Below are positions 27,974 to 36,483 of a DNA stretch of 64,000 bases, one piece after another (position 1 is the first letter of the stretch; each line of letters opens with the position of its first letter). Below the pieces are notes generated by a model, which saw only the letters and a list, made by a program, of their open reading frames with translations, ran no database searches and was not told the DNA's origin. The position numbers were made by a program, and so were the translations under genes. Origin of the DNA: a virus (Duplodnaviria; Caudoviricetes); the IMG/VR virus record IMGVR_UViG_3300028840_001835, one strand, 5' to 3'.

Positions 27974-29446
27974 ATGACAAGATTTAAAGATTTTATAACA
28001 GAGGCGTTCAAGGTCGAACAGGCTGGCAAAATGGTCGGGATCATTAAAAAGGTTCTTGAGAAACGTCTTGGAAAGAAATTATTCGATTACGGCGAAAGGG
28101 TGTTTGATGCCAAGGGCGGTCAAATGCATGGTATATTACTCGGCATAGACGGTTCTCCAAAAGCCATTCAGTTTAATTTCAAGGGTGGTGGAAAACTCAC
28201 CCAGATCCATTCCGTCGATATTTGGGATGCTACGGATAGTCCGGATCCTGCCGTAAACATTGAAACAAAAGGTCTATCAATTATTAAGATACTCCCGGCT
28301 ATAGTGAGTTTCATAGAGAAACCTGTGGTCAAGAAAGACATATTGGTCGCACCAATACAAGAGATGAGAGTGATGGACAAGGACACGATCCTAAGTGAAG
28401 GTCTTGTTGAATATGATGGAAAAGACTTTGCCTCCAAATCAGACGCCGCAATTCATGCCCTGGAACAGGGAAAGGACTCAAGATTTATTAGAAGAAATTT
28501 TGGTTTCTCCATGGCCAATCTTCAAAAGAAACTTGAGAAACTCCAAAAGAAGGGAAAGGCAACAAAGACAAAAGCATCGGCACTTGAGAAATTAAAAGTA
28601 AATCGTGGAAAGAAACTTAAAATAGTTCCCGGTTCTGATGTGAAGAAATCTTCAAAACAACTTGCCAACATCCAATATGCAGATCCAAAAACAATATTCA
28701 AAGATTTGGAATCGTTGGTCAATATGATTATTTCTGGAATCCAACCGTCCCTTCTCATAACAGGAATGGCAGGTATCGGAAAAACATTCACAGTTCAGAA
28801 GCAGCTCAAGGCCGCAGGTAAGGTGAAAGGTCAGGACTTCGTTGTGAAGAAAGGAGCCGTGTCACCATTTGGTCTATATAGAACATTATTCATTAATAGA
28901 AAAAGAATAGTGGTATTTGATGACTCTGACGATGTATTTAAAGACGCAACAGCAAAGAACATTTTGAAGGCCGCTCTTGACTCACACGATGTAAGGGATA
29001 TATCATGGGAAAGTAAGAACACCTATCCAATCAATCCTCTAGATCCCCTCTCAGACGATGAGATGGATTCTCTGGCACTTGGAGAGAAACCAATGTTTCC
29101 AAGTAACTTCATATTTGATGGTCAGGTGATCTTTATCTCTAACTTGAACATAAATCAAATTGACGCAGCCGTTAAGTCAAGGTCTTTTGCCATTGATGTG
29201 ACTCTAAAAGCGACAGATGTTTTCGCTAGGATGGAGTCGGTTCTTGACAAGATGATTCCTGATGTAGTGATCTTTGGTCAGAAAAAGACCGTTCCTATGA
29301 GTGTAAAGAAAGAAGTTCTGGAGATACTAAAGAAGGACGGAGTTGATCTGAACAAGGAAGCCAACATGAGAACGTTTCTTAATGCTGTTAAGATCAGAAT
29401 GTCTGGCGATCCAAACTGGCGACAGATGATGATCCGTTTTGCATAA
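27974..29446 (+). CDS. AAA+ ATPase with capsid-targeting-like N-terminus
   Basis: Walker A GMAGIGKT, Walker B VFDDSD, IFISN, KSRS, NMRTF; starts MTRFKDFITE. Confidence 0.85.
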   Translation: MTRFKDFITEAFKVEQAGKMVGIIKKVLEKRLGKKLFDYGERVFDAKGGQMHGILLGIDGSPKAIQFNFKGGGKLTQIHSVDIWDATDSPDPAVNIETKGLSIIKILPAIVSFIEKPVVKKDILVAPIQEMRVMDKDTILSEGLVEYDGKDFASKSDAAIHALEQGKDSRFIRRNFGFSMANLQKKLEKLQKKGKATKTKASALEKLKVNRGKKLKIVPGSDVKKSSKQLANIQYADPKTIFKDLESLVNMIISGIQPSLLITGMAGIGKTFTVQKQLKAAGKVKGQDFVVKKGAVSPFGLYRTLFINRKRIVVFDDSDDVFKDATAKNILKAALDSHDVRDISWESKNTYPINPLDPLSDDEMDSLALGEKPMFPSNFIFDGQVIFISNLNINQIDAAVKSRSFAIDVTLKATDVFARMESVLDKMIPDVVIFGQKKTVPMSVKKEVLEILKKDGVDLNKEANMRTFLNAVKIRMSGDPNWRQMMIRFA

Positions 29447-29455
29447 GAGGTATAC

Positions 29456-30409
29456 ATGAGAAGATTCAAAGACTTCTATTTAAACGAAGCTATAAACACC
29501 CACGAGGCCGATATAAATGAGATACTTGTTGGATTCTATATATTGGGTCAAGGAAACAAAGGTTCATGGAAAGGTTTTCAGGATGCAGCTTCAGCTAAGA
29601 AACAACTAGCAGCAAAAAGAAAGATTGTTGGGATGTTTGCCTATGGTCTTAGATCCGGTCAGGCAAGAACGATGGCCGAGGAGATCAAGAAATGGGCAAA
29701 GAAGAATGGATATAAAGGCGAACCTGTAAAGGTCTATTGGACTGCGAGAAAAGGTGTTCTATCAAAGGCCGTTGGACAGCAAGTTGATTCTGCAAAGAAC
29801 CCGACCGATACATTGATAGAATATCCAAAAGGTAAGTTCTTAGGTATATCGGCAAAGTCAACCAAACAGAAGGCGGATATCGGTTTCAAGAATCCAGGGA
29901 TGGGAACAGTTGAAAAAGCACTCAAAATAAATCTCGGAAAGATATTAGAGGACGCAGAGAAAGTCATTATAAAGAAACACAAATTATCTCCAAGTAGACC
30001 AAAGAGAAAATTAGAGATACGTGCAGATGCTAATCTTCAAAAAAAGACTAAAGAGGCTGGAAGAAAAGTTCTCTCTGACATGGCCGATGTATTAATGGCT
30101 AAACTTAAAAAGATGAAGCAGAAGGATCTACTTAATTATATACTTGACGATTGGATGGACGCAAAAGATACATTTCCTCCATATATAAAAGTAACAGGTA
30201 TGGGTTCAAAGGAACCTTTTTCTGCAAACATAACAGACCCATTAAGAAACGAGAAATTAGACAAATTATATTCATCCAAGATTACAATTGATAAGACGGG
30301 TAATGATAATGTTATCATCTCTGCTGGTGGAAAGCGAATAATGATGATGCGCCCGAAGTTCGCCTCTGAACAGATGGCGAGTAATATCAAATTTAGTGGC
30401 CAACCATAA
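29456..30409 (+). CDS. PD-(D/E)xK-like nuclease fold protein with capsid-targeting-like N-terminus
   Basis: E...NPTD...GISAK pattern; starts MRRFKDFYLNE. Confidence 0.55.
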   Translation: MRRFKDFYLNEAINTHEADINEILVGFYILGQGNKGSWKGFQDAASAKKQLAAKRKIVGMFAYGLRSGQARTMAEEIKKWAKKNGYKGEPVKVYWTARKGVLSKAVGQQVDSAKNPTDTLIEYPKGKFLGISAKSTKQKADIGFKNPGMGTVEKALKINLGKILEDAEKVIIKKHKLSPSRPKRKLEIRADANLQKKTKEAGRKVLSDMADVLMAKLKKMKQKDLLNYILDDWMDAKDTFPPYIKVTGMGSKEPFSANITDPLRNEKLDKLYSSKITIDKTGNDNVIISAGGKRIMMMRPKFASEQMASNIKFSGQP

Positions 30410-30412
30410 ATA

Positions 30413-30736
30413 ATGAAATATCTATTATGTATATTATTGACCTTGTTATTATCATGTACATCAACAACAAGGCCTTTAAGTGAACGAGGATTGAGTCAAT
30501 CAAAACGGGTTGAGTATATTGAGAAAAATGGTGCTAGATATTCACCAAAGACCAAGCAACAATTCATAGAGAAAAGAATTGGCCCCGGATTCGATAGAGA
30601 CTTGGTCGAGATAATGTATGGGAAACCAAACATGGTTGTTCAAGATAGTATATGGTACTATACCGATAAATGGGGAGACGCTTTGATACGAATTGAGTTT
30701 GAGTCCAGCGGATTTGTAAAGACAGCAGAAAGGTGA
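30413..30736 (+). CDS. Lipoprotein, SmpA/BamE-like
   Basis: Lipobox LLLSC; IGPGFDRDLVEIMYGKP...WYY resembles the SmpA/OmlA motif. CATAAATA at 30405. Confidence 0.6.
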   Translation: MKYLLCILLTLLLSCTSTTRPLSERGLSQSKRVEYIEKNGARYSPKTKQQFIEKRIGPGFDRDLVEIMYGKPNMVVQDSIWYYTDKWGDALIRIEFESSGFVKTAER

Positions 30737-31218
30737 TGAGAATGAGATTTGAACAACTACTGGCAGAAGGCAAAACAGTTACCGCCGGAATACTTCAATA
30801 TAGATTCAAAGGAAATACACTTCAAGTGTTTCTTGCAAAACCAGGAGGCCCTCTCTGGAAAGGACGAGATGATGGCTCTTGGTCGATTCCAAAAGGAAAA
30901 GTCAATGATGGGGAGACGCCAAAAAGGGCGGCCGTTCGTGAGTTTAGTGAGGAGATTGGAGTCCGTCCAGTAACCAAAAACATGATGAGTCTTGGTTCTG
31001 CACCGCTTGCCAATAAAACAATGTATGTATGGGCCGTCGAGGGTGAAAAAGAATTCAAGCGAAGTAATACATTTGAGATGGAATGGCCTCCAAAGAGCGG
31101 TAAGATGAAAAAGTTCCCGGAGATCGAGACAGCAAGATTTTACAATATACCGGAAGCATTAAGAAAAATAAATCAAAGACAGAAGGTTTTCATAGAGAGA
31201 TTACAGGATAATTTATGA
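30733..31218 (+). CDS. NUDIX hydrolase
   Basis: NUDIX box GKVNDGETPKRAAVREFSEEIG; LAKPGGPLW, WSIPKG, FPEIE; MRFEQLLAE leader from 30742. Confidence 0.92.
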   Translation: MMRMRFEQLLAEGKTVTAGILQYRFKGNTLQVFLAKPGGPLWKGRDDGSWSIPKGKVNDGETPKRAAVREFSEEIGVRPVTKNMMSLGSAPLANKTMYVWAVEGEKEFKRSNTFEMEWPPKSGKMKKFPEIETARFYNIPEALRKINQRQKVFIERLQDNL

Positions 31219-31448
31219 ACTGGAGAGGATATATAGTATTATTGTTATTGTTAGGCTGTACTGCTTCTGCGACTTACAAAAAGGTAAAGGTGCGTGATAA
31301 GGTTGTCGATATATATTCTGAAGAAGATAAATGTATATATGTGTTTGAGCCAACGAATAATAAAAGGATATTGGTAAAAGATATATGTGGATTGTGCGCA
31401 GTTGGAGATACACTTATAAGAACAAAATATGTGGTGGAAGATAAATGA
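31215..31448 (+). CDS. Small lipoprotein
   Basis: Signal peptide with lipobox LLLGC. Confidence 0.6.
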   Translation: MNWRGYIVLLLLLGCTASATYKKVKVRDKVVDIYSEEDKCIYVFEPTNNKRILVKDICGLCAVGDTLIRTKYVVEDK

Positions 31449-32878
31449 GATTTCGTGATGTATATAATGAGAGGGTTTTAACCGAAGCGCAAAAGGTTTT
31501 TAAGGATTGGGAGGGTTACATAAAACGTATCCCGATTCTAAAGAAGGGCGTGGAGATACTTAAAGTGCTTGAGAAACACGGTCAGGCATACATTGTTGGT
31601 GGCGCCGTTCGTGATATAATCTCTGGAGAAAAGAAACCAGATGATATAGACATCGCAACGAATGTTCCAATGGAAAAGATTGAATCCTTATTCAAGACCC
31701 ATGACATTGGTGCCAATAAGGATTTTGGTATAGTCGTGGTTAAACACAAGGGTGAGGATTTTGAGATAGCTCAGTTTAGAAAAGATGGAACATATACGGA
31801 TGGTAGGCGGCCAGACAAGATAGAGGTTGTAGCAACATTTAAAGGAGATGCAGAGAGAAGGGATTTCACCATAAACGCCATGGCGGTCGATAGTAAGGGC
31901 AATATAATAGATCACTTTGATGGTCAGGGTGATATAAAGAATAAGACCCTAAGGGCCGTCGGCGACCCGGACAAAAGGTTTAGTGAGGATTACCTGAGAA
32001 TGCTCAGGGCGGTGAGATTTGCTTCTCGATTGGACCTCCAACTTGATCCAGAAGTAACAACAGCGATACAAAAGAGCTCCATTAAGATAAAGGACATAGC
32101 ACCCGAGCGGGTGACCAAGGAGCTCCTTAAGATGGCGAAACAAAAGGGTGGTAAGTTCGCTGACGCAATCGTGAAACTGGATCAAGTTGGACTCCTTCAT
32201 CATATACTTCCGGAAGTAGTAAAGATGAAAGAGTTTGAACATGATATAGAGAATCATCCCGAGGGCGGGGTGTATGCCCATACATTGGCAGCTCTTCGAG
32301 CAAGCGATTCCAAGGATCCAATAGTTAATCTATCAATTCTGCTACATGATATTGGAAAGATCAAAACAAAGAAGATGGATGAGAAGGGACGGATCACCTA
32401 TTTCCAACATCACAAAGAGGGTGCGGAGATGGTCGATCAGATAGCTCAGAGATTAAAATTGGACACCAAGACAAAAAACGCAATGAAGTTCGCCACTCTT
32501 AACCATATGAAAATACACGACTTACTAAAGATGAGTAATAAGAAAATTATTCAATTAATGAATGATCCAAATTGGGCAACCCTTTTAGCGGTCGGGGAAA
32601 TGGACGCACGTGCCCGCGGAAAGATGTTCAATAAGAAGGAGTGGGATGCCATCAAAGTCAAGATAGACGCCATTACACGGCAGTTCGCAGACAAGGGTAC
32701 TGACGCCCTCACCAACATACGAAAAGTCGTTACAGGCTCTCTAATCATGCGCTTAAAGAGAATCAAGCCGGGACCAGCTGTTGGTCGATATATTCAAAAG
32801 ACGGTCGATTGGATCGCGGACAATAACATAAATATTAAAGACGAGGCCAAGATAAAGAAATTTATCAAACAGCTATAG
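31445..32878 (+). CDS. cca: CCA-adding tRNA nucleotidyltransferase / poly(A) polymerase family with HD domain
   Basis: YIVGGAVRD, DIDIAT, RRDFTINAMA, EDYLRMLRAVRF, HPEGGVYAHT, LLHDIGK; starts MRFRDVYNE. Confidence 0.92.
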   Translation: MRFRDVYNERVLTEAQKVFKDWEGYIKRIPILKKGVEILKVLEKHGQAYIVGGAVRDIISGEKKPDDIDIATNVPMEKIESLFKTHDIGANKDFGIVVVKHKGEDFEIAQFRKDGTYTDGRRPDKIEVVATFKGDAERRDFTINAMAVDSKGNIIDHFDGQGDIKNKTLRAVGDPDKRFSEDYLRMLRAVRFASRLDLQLDPEVTTAIQKSSIKIKDIAPERVTKELLKMAKQKGGKFADAIVKLDQVGLLHHILPEVVKMKEFEHDIENHPEGGVYAHTLAALRASDSKDPIVNLSILLHDIGKIKTKKMDEKGRITYFQHHKEGAEMVDQIAQRLKLDTKTKNAMKFATLNHMKIHDLLKMSNKKIIQLMNDPNWATLLAVGEMDARARGKMFNKKEWDAIKVKIDAITRQFADKGTDALTNIRKVVTGSLIMRLKRIKPGPAVGRYIQKTVDWIADNNINIKDEAKIKKFIKQL

Positions 32879-32886
32879 GAGGAAAT

Positions 32887-33129
32887 ATGGACTTTAAGCA
32901 AGTTGTAAATGAAAAAATGACACCAAATCAAAGGAAAGATATCGGTGATGCCCTAAAGGCATTTGTTAATGTCGATGAAATGGATGAGGATGATATTGAA
33001 TTAATCACCCATCATATGACAGGCAAGGATGTTCCTTCTCAGAATGATACAAAAAGAACATATAAGAAATTATTTGAATTAGAGAAACAGTGGTCTAAAC
33101 TGGTTGATACGTTTGTCAAAAAACTATAG
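32887..33129 (+). CDS. Putative internal head protein
   Basis: Starts MDFKQVVNE; GGAGG RBS. Confidence 0.65.
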   Translation: MDFKQVVNEKMTPNQRKDIGDALKAFVNVDEMDEDDIELITHHMTGKDVPSQNDTKRTYKKLFELEKQWSKLVDTFVKKL

Positions 33130-33137
33130 GAGACACC

Positions 33138-33380
33138 ATGGGAAGATTCACTAAATTCATAATAGAAGATCAGAAGGCCGACATTAAGAAATTGATCAAT
33201 AATCCAAAGGAACTAAAGCTCATTATAAAAACAGGCGAGGTCGAAACTGACACCGATGCCTTTGATAAACTATACAAATACTTTACTGATAAGGGAATGA
33301 TGCCTTATGGTGTCGCCAAGGCAAGAACGGGCGATCCTGTCATTTGGTTAGGTCAACAGATTCAAAGGATATTCAAATAA
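33138..33380 (+). CDS. Putative internal head protein
   Basis: Starts MGRFTKFIIE; GGAG RBS. Confidence 0.65.
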   Translation: MGRFTKFIIEDQKADIKKLINNPKELKLIIKTGEVETDTDAFDKLYKYFTDKGMMPYGVAKARTGDPVIWLGQQIQRIFK

Positions 33381-33381
33381 A

Positions 33382-33792
33382 ATGAAATTCAAACATCTTC
33401 TCAATGAAAAATACATGAAAACCACCAAAGTAGATGGCGATGTTGTTGAGATTTTTGTCAATCCAGATCCCGGCGAGATAAAGGCCATAAGTAAAGCGGG
33501 TCTCTTTAAGGATGTTCGATTTGGTGTCGAGGATAAGAAGAACGGAAAGATATATGCCTGGACGGGTGACAAGATACATGAAAAGTTATTGAAGCATATA
33601 GACTTTGATTGGGCGTTTCAATGGACCCCTGGACAACCTGCACTTGGAAGTACATGGGCGCCTCAGTGGGTATCATTTAAAAACAAGGATAGTTTCAAAA
33701 AGAAGATTAAGAAACTTATACCCCAAGTCAAATACATCGGAATAATTGGAATGGACAAAGGAAGGTTAAAAAGTTTAAAGGTTGATCTATGA
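33382..33792 (+). CDS. Putative internal head protein, paralogue A
   Basis: MKFKHLLNEKYMKT..VEIFVNP..E..VRFG..KIYAW. Confidence 0.7.
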   Translation: MKFKHLLNEKYMKTTKVDGDVVEIFVNPDPGEIKAISKAGLFKDVRFGVEDKKNGKIYAWTGDKIHEKLLKHIDFDWAFQWTPGQPALGSTWAPQWVSFKNKDSFKKKIKKLIPQVKYIGIIGMDKGRLKSLKVDL

Positions 33793-34430
33793 AATTTACC
33801 GATCTTCTCAATGAGGAACAGGCGACTCACACAGAGTTGCTCTCTCATTTAAAGAAAATGGGAAGCAGTCCTGTGATGTATAGAGGACACAATCTAAAAT
33901 TCTCACACGGGGCAAACAAAATAAAAAACGACAGAAAGGATTTGGCGTTCAAAGGTAAGATATTGGATACAACACATGGAAAAATGCAGGCAATTCTTAA
34001 AGGGATTGGAATTTTAAAACCTGTCTTTGTTACAACCGCTCCAGCAAAAGCGTCTGTGTTTGGTCAGGTGTATGTAGTCATTCCGAAGGGCAAATGGAAT
34101 GTAAAATATTCAGAAGAGGTCAAGGACTTGACGGATGTTACTAAAAATAAAAAGACAGCAGCCGCATTGATAGATACATATAAAGACGGAATAAAGAAGA
34201 AATATGATGAACTTGTATTGGATACAAAGGAATATTTTTTACTTTCTCCTTCATTCTTTTTGAATCTATCTCCAAAGTGGGTTCAAGAAAAATTCAATTT
34301 GGTGAAGGGTTTTAGAGAGGGATCTGACGCTTATAGGAAGAGAGTTTTCAAGGAGCTGGATACATATAAGAAAGTATATGAAATGATAAAGGCATATGAT
34401 TCATATTATAAATGGAGAAAGAGTCAGTGA
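33789..34430 (+). CDS. Putative internal head protein, possible ADP-ribosyltransferase fold
   Basis: MKFTDLLNE leader; MYRG...FVTT..KASVFG.VYVV...YDELVL spaced like an R-S-E ART pattern. Confidence 0.45.
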   Translation: MKFTDLLNEEQATHTELLSHLKKMGSSPVMYRGHNLKFSHGANKIKNDRKDLAFKGKILDTTHGKMQAILKGIGILKPVFVTTAPAKASVFGQVYVVIPKGKWNVKYSEEVKDLTDVTKNKKTAAALIDTYKDGIKKKYDELVLDTKEYFLLSPSFFLNLSPKWVQEKFNLVKGFREGSDAYRKRVFKELDTYKKVYEMIKAYDSYYKWRKSQ

Positions 34431-34840
34431 AATTCAGAGATGTATTGGATGAAAAATATTTAAAGACTGTAAGGGCAAAAACATTTCCCGTTGGATATGA
34501 GACTGTGGAAGTATTTGAAAATCCAGCGCCAACCGAAATTCAATCAATAGCAAAACAATGGGGCGGCTCTGTTCGATTTGGTGTAATAGACAAACCAAAC
34601 GGAAAGATATATGCATGGGGAGGAGAAATACTTCACCCAAATATGAAAGAGAATCCAGATGGGGTTGACTTTGATTTTGGGTTTTACTATGAGTTTAGAA
34701 CACCTGAAATTATATATACAGATCAGAAGTATTCATTTGCAAGATTTAAAAACAAAAAGAAACTTATAGAAAGAATAAAGAAGATGTTACCAAAAGCAAA
34801 AACCTTTAGACCGTTTGGCGGAAAACCATTCAAGATTTAA
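34427..34840 (+). CDS. Putative internal head protein, paralogue B
   Basis: GTG start at 34427: (M)KFRDVLDEKYLKT..VEVFENP..E..VRFG..KIYAW. Confidence 0.7.
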   Translation: MKFRDVLDEKYLKTVRAKTFPVGYETVEVFENPAPTEIQSIAKQWGGSVRFGVIDKPNGKIYAWGGEILHPNMKENPDGVDFDFGFYYEFRTPEIIYTDQKYSFARFKNKKKLIERIKKMLPKAKTFRPFGGKPFKI

Positions 34841-34841
34841 A

Positions 34842-35258
34842 ATGAAATTTAGTGATCTTTTAAATGAAAAATATTTCAAGACTGTAAAGTTAAAGGGACG
34901 TGCTGTTGAGTTTTTTGTAAATCCTTCAAGTGATGAAGTAAGAAAAACGATTGATAAGGATGGATGGGGAGCCAGATTTTTCATTGAAGATAAAAAGAAA
35001 CCTAAGATATATGCATGGCCAGCGACATTTTTACATAGGGATGTTATCAAACATATACCAGGTAAAAAACTCTTTGGTTTTTACTATGAACCTGGAAGAG
35101 CACATTCTATTATGGGAGACAACTCCGTCGGATGGTTAAACTGGAAGGATGTCAAAAACAAAGAGGAAGTGATCGCTGCGATCAAGAAAATGTTACCCAA
35201 GGTCAAGTATAAAAGTTTTTGGCCAGAGTTAGGATTTAGTTATTTACATGAAATTTGA
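34842..35258 (+). CDS. Putative internal head protein, paralogue C
   Basis: ATG 34842: MKFSDLLNEKYFKT..VEFFVNP..E..ARFF..KIYAW. Confidence 0.7.
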   Translation: MKFSDLLNEKYFKTVKLKGRAVEFFVNPSSDEVRKTIDKDGWGARFFIEDKKKPKIYAWPATFLHRDVIKHIPGKKLFGFYYEPGRAHSIMGDNSVGWLNWKDVKNKEEVIAAIKKMLPKVKYKSFWPELGFSYLHEI

Positions 35259-36435
35259 AACAATATTAAACGAAGGGCAACTTGGAACCAAGAAGGCGAA
35301 GGTCTTTGAGACCGCGGTTGCCATGATCACTCCGTTTTATATAGAGAAAAGATTTTCCAACGCTATCAAATGTATCGAATACATTAAGAAAACCAGTAAC
35401 GATGTATTGATCAAGGAGCTAAATTCCCTTTTTCAGCGGTTTTTCGGGACCGGGAGCCCGGCCCTGATACTTGAATCTTTATTGAGTAATGAAAAATGGC
35501 TGGTCGGTACATGCTATACAGCAGAGGCAATTAAGAAAGAACTTAAGGCCACAAAAAAAGATACATTCCATAAAGATAGTGATGTAGTCAAGCAGCTCGA
35601 GGCACACGTTAAGAAACTACTCAAGGACGCCAATGTATCGGGCATGGATATAAACAAATGGAACCCCGCAGATGTATGGATGTTTAAGAATCCCACAAAG
35701 ACATTACGCACGATATTAAAATTCAAGACGATTGAAGATATAAACGAATATATGATGAGGGAGGCTAAGGGCGGCCGAAACATCGTTGGTATATCATTGA
35801 AGAAAGCCACAAAAAATCCCCCCGTTAAGTGGTTCAATATTGCCGAGATGTCGAAGGAAGCGGATGTCGAGCTTGATCAGATAAAGCATAATATTATGAC
35901 CAAGTTGACAGCCATGACCAAGGACGCTCTCCTCATCGATCTTGATGATAATATAAAGTTCCAGATTCGGAGTACCCGGAAGATTGGAACTCGGGTCAAG
36001 GGTGAGATCAAACAAAAGGGAAAGAAGGGACTTGCCGGGGGAGTAGGTTTTACTGCCATGGTTGGTTGGTTAGAAAAAAACACCAAAGGTAAAGTGATAC
36101 AGTTCTCTCGAAATGAGATAATAATAGATGAACAAATTAGTGAAAAGTTTTTAGGTTTCTTTCTACATATAATATTGGAACTCAAGAAAAGGAAGGAGTT
36201 GGATGTTGGCTTCCTTCGTAACTTCAAAGACATGAAAGACCTTGAAAAGGTGATAGAGGAATTGACCATAGAGAAGAAAGGCGATATAAACCAGGTCGGT
36301 GACATACTATCATCCAAGGTTCAAGCACTCCAGATAGCACTACACGCCAATGATGACTTTTTTAAATTCGTATATAAGTATTCCACAAGTAGCATAGGTA
36401 ATACATCATCGGTCTTTTTAAAGATTGGCGCATAA
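35248..36435 (+). CDS. PD-(D/E)xK-like nuclease fold protein with capsid-targeting-like N-terminus
   Basis: FETA...KWNPADVW...GISLKK; starts MKFETILNE. Confidence 0.55.
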   Translation: MKFETILNEGQLGTKKAKVFETAVAMITPFYIEKRFSNAIKCIEYIKKTSNDVLIKELNSLFQRFFGTGSPALILESLLSNEKWLVGTCYTAEAIKKELKATKKDTFHKDSDVVKQLEAHVKKLLKDANVSGMDINKWNPADVWMFKNPTKTLRTILKFKTIEDINEYMMREAKGGRNIVGISLKKATKNPPVKWFNIAEMSKEADVELDQIKHNIMTKLTAMTKDALLIDLDDNIKFQIRSTRKIGTRVKGEIKQKGKKGLAGGVGFTAMVGWLEKNTKGKVIQFSRNEIIIDEQISEKFLGFFLHIILELKKRKELDVGFLRNFKDMKDLEKVIEELTIEKKGDINQVGDILSSKVQALQIALHANDDFFKFVYKYSTSSIGNTSSVFLKIGA

Positions 36436-36437
36436 GG

Positions 36438-36465
36438 TTGACAACAAAATAAAATTTACTATATT
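36438..36465 (+). promoter_or_regulatory. Promoter class A (TTGACA-N16-TATATT)
   Basis: TTGACA 36438-36443; TACTATATT ending 36465. Confidence 0.8.
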
Positions 36466-36483
36466 TTATTAAATTGAAGAGGA

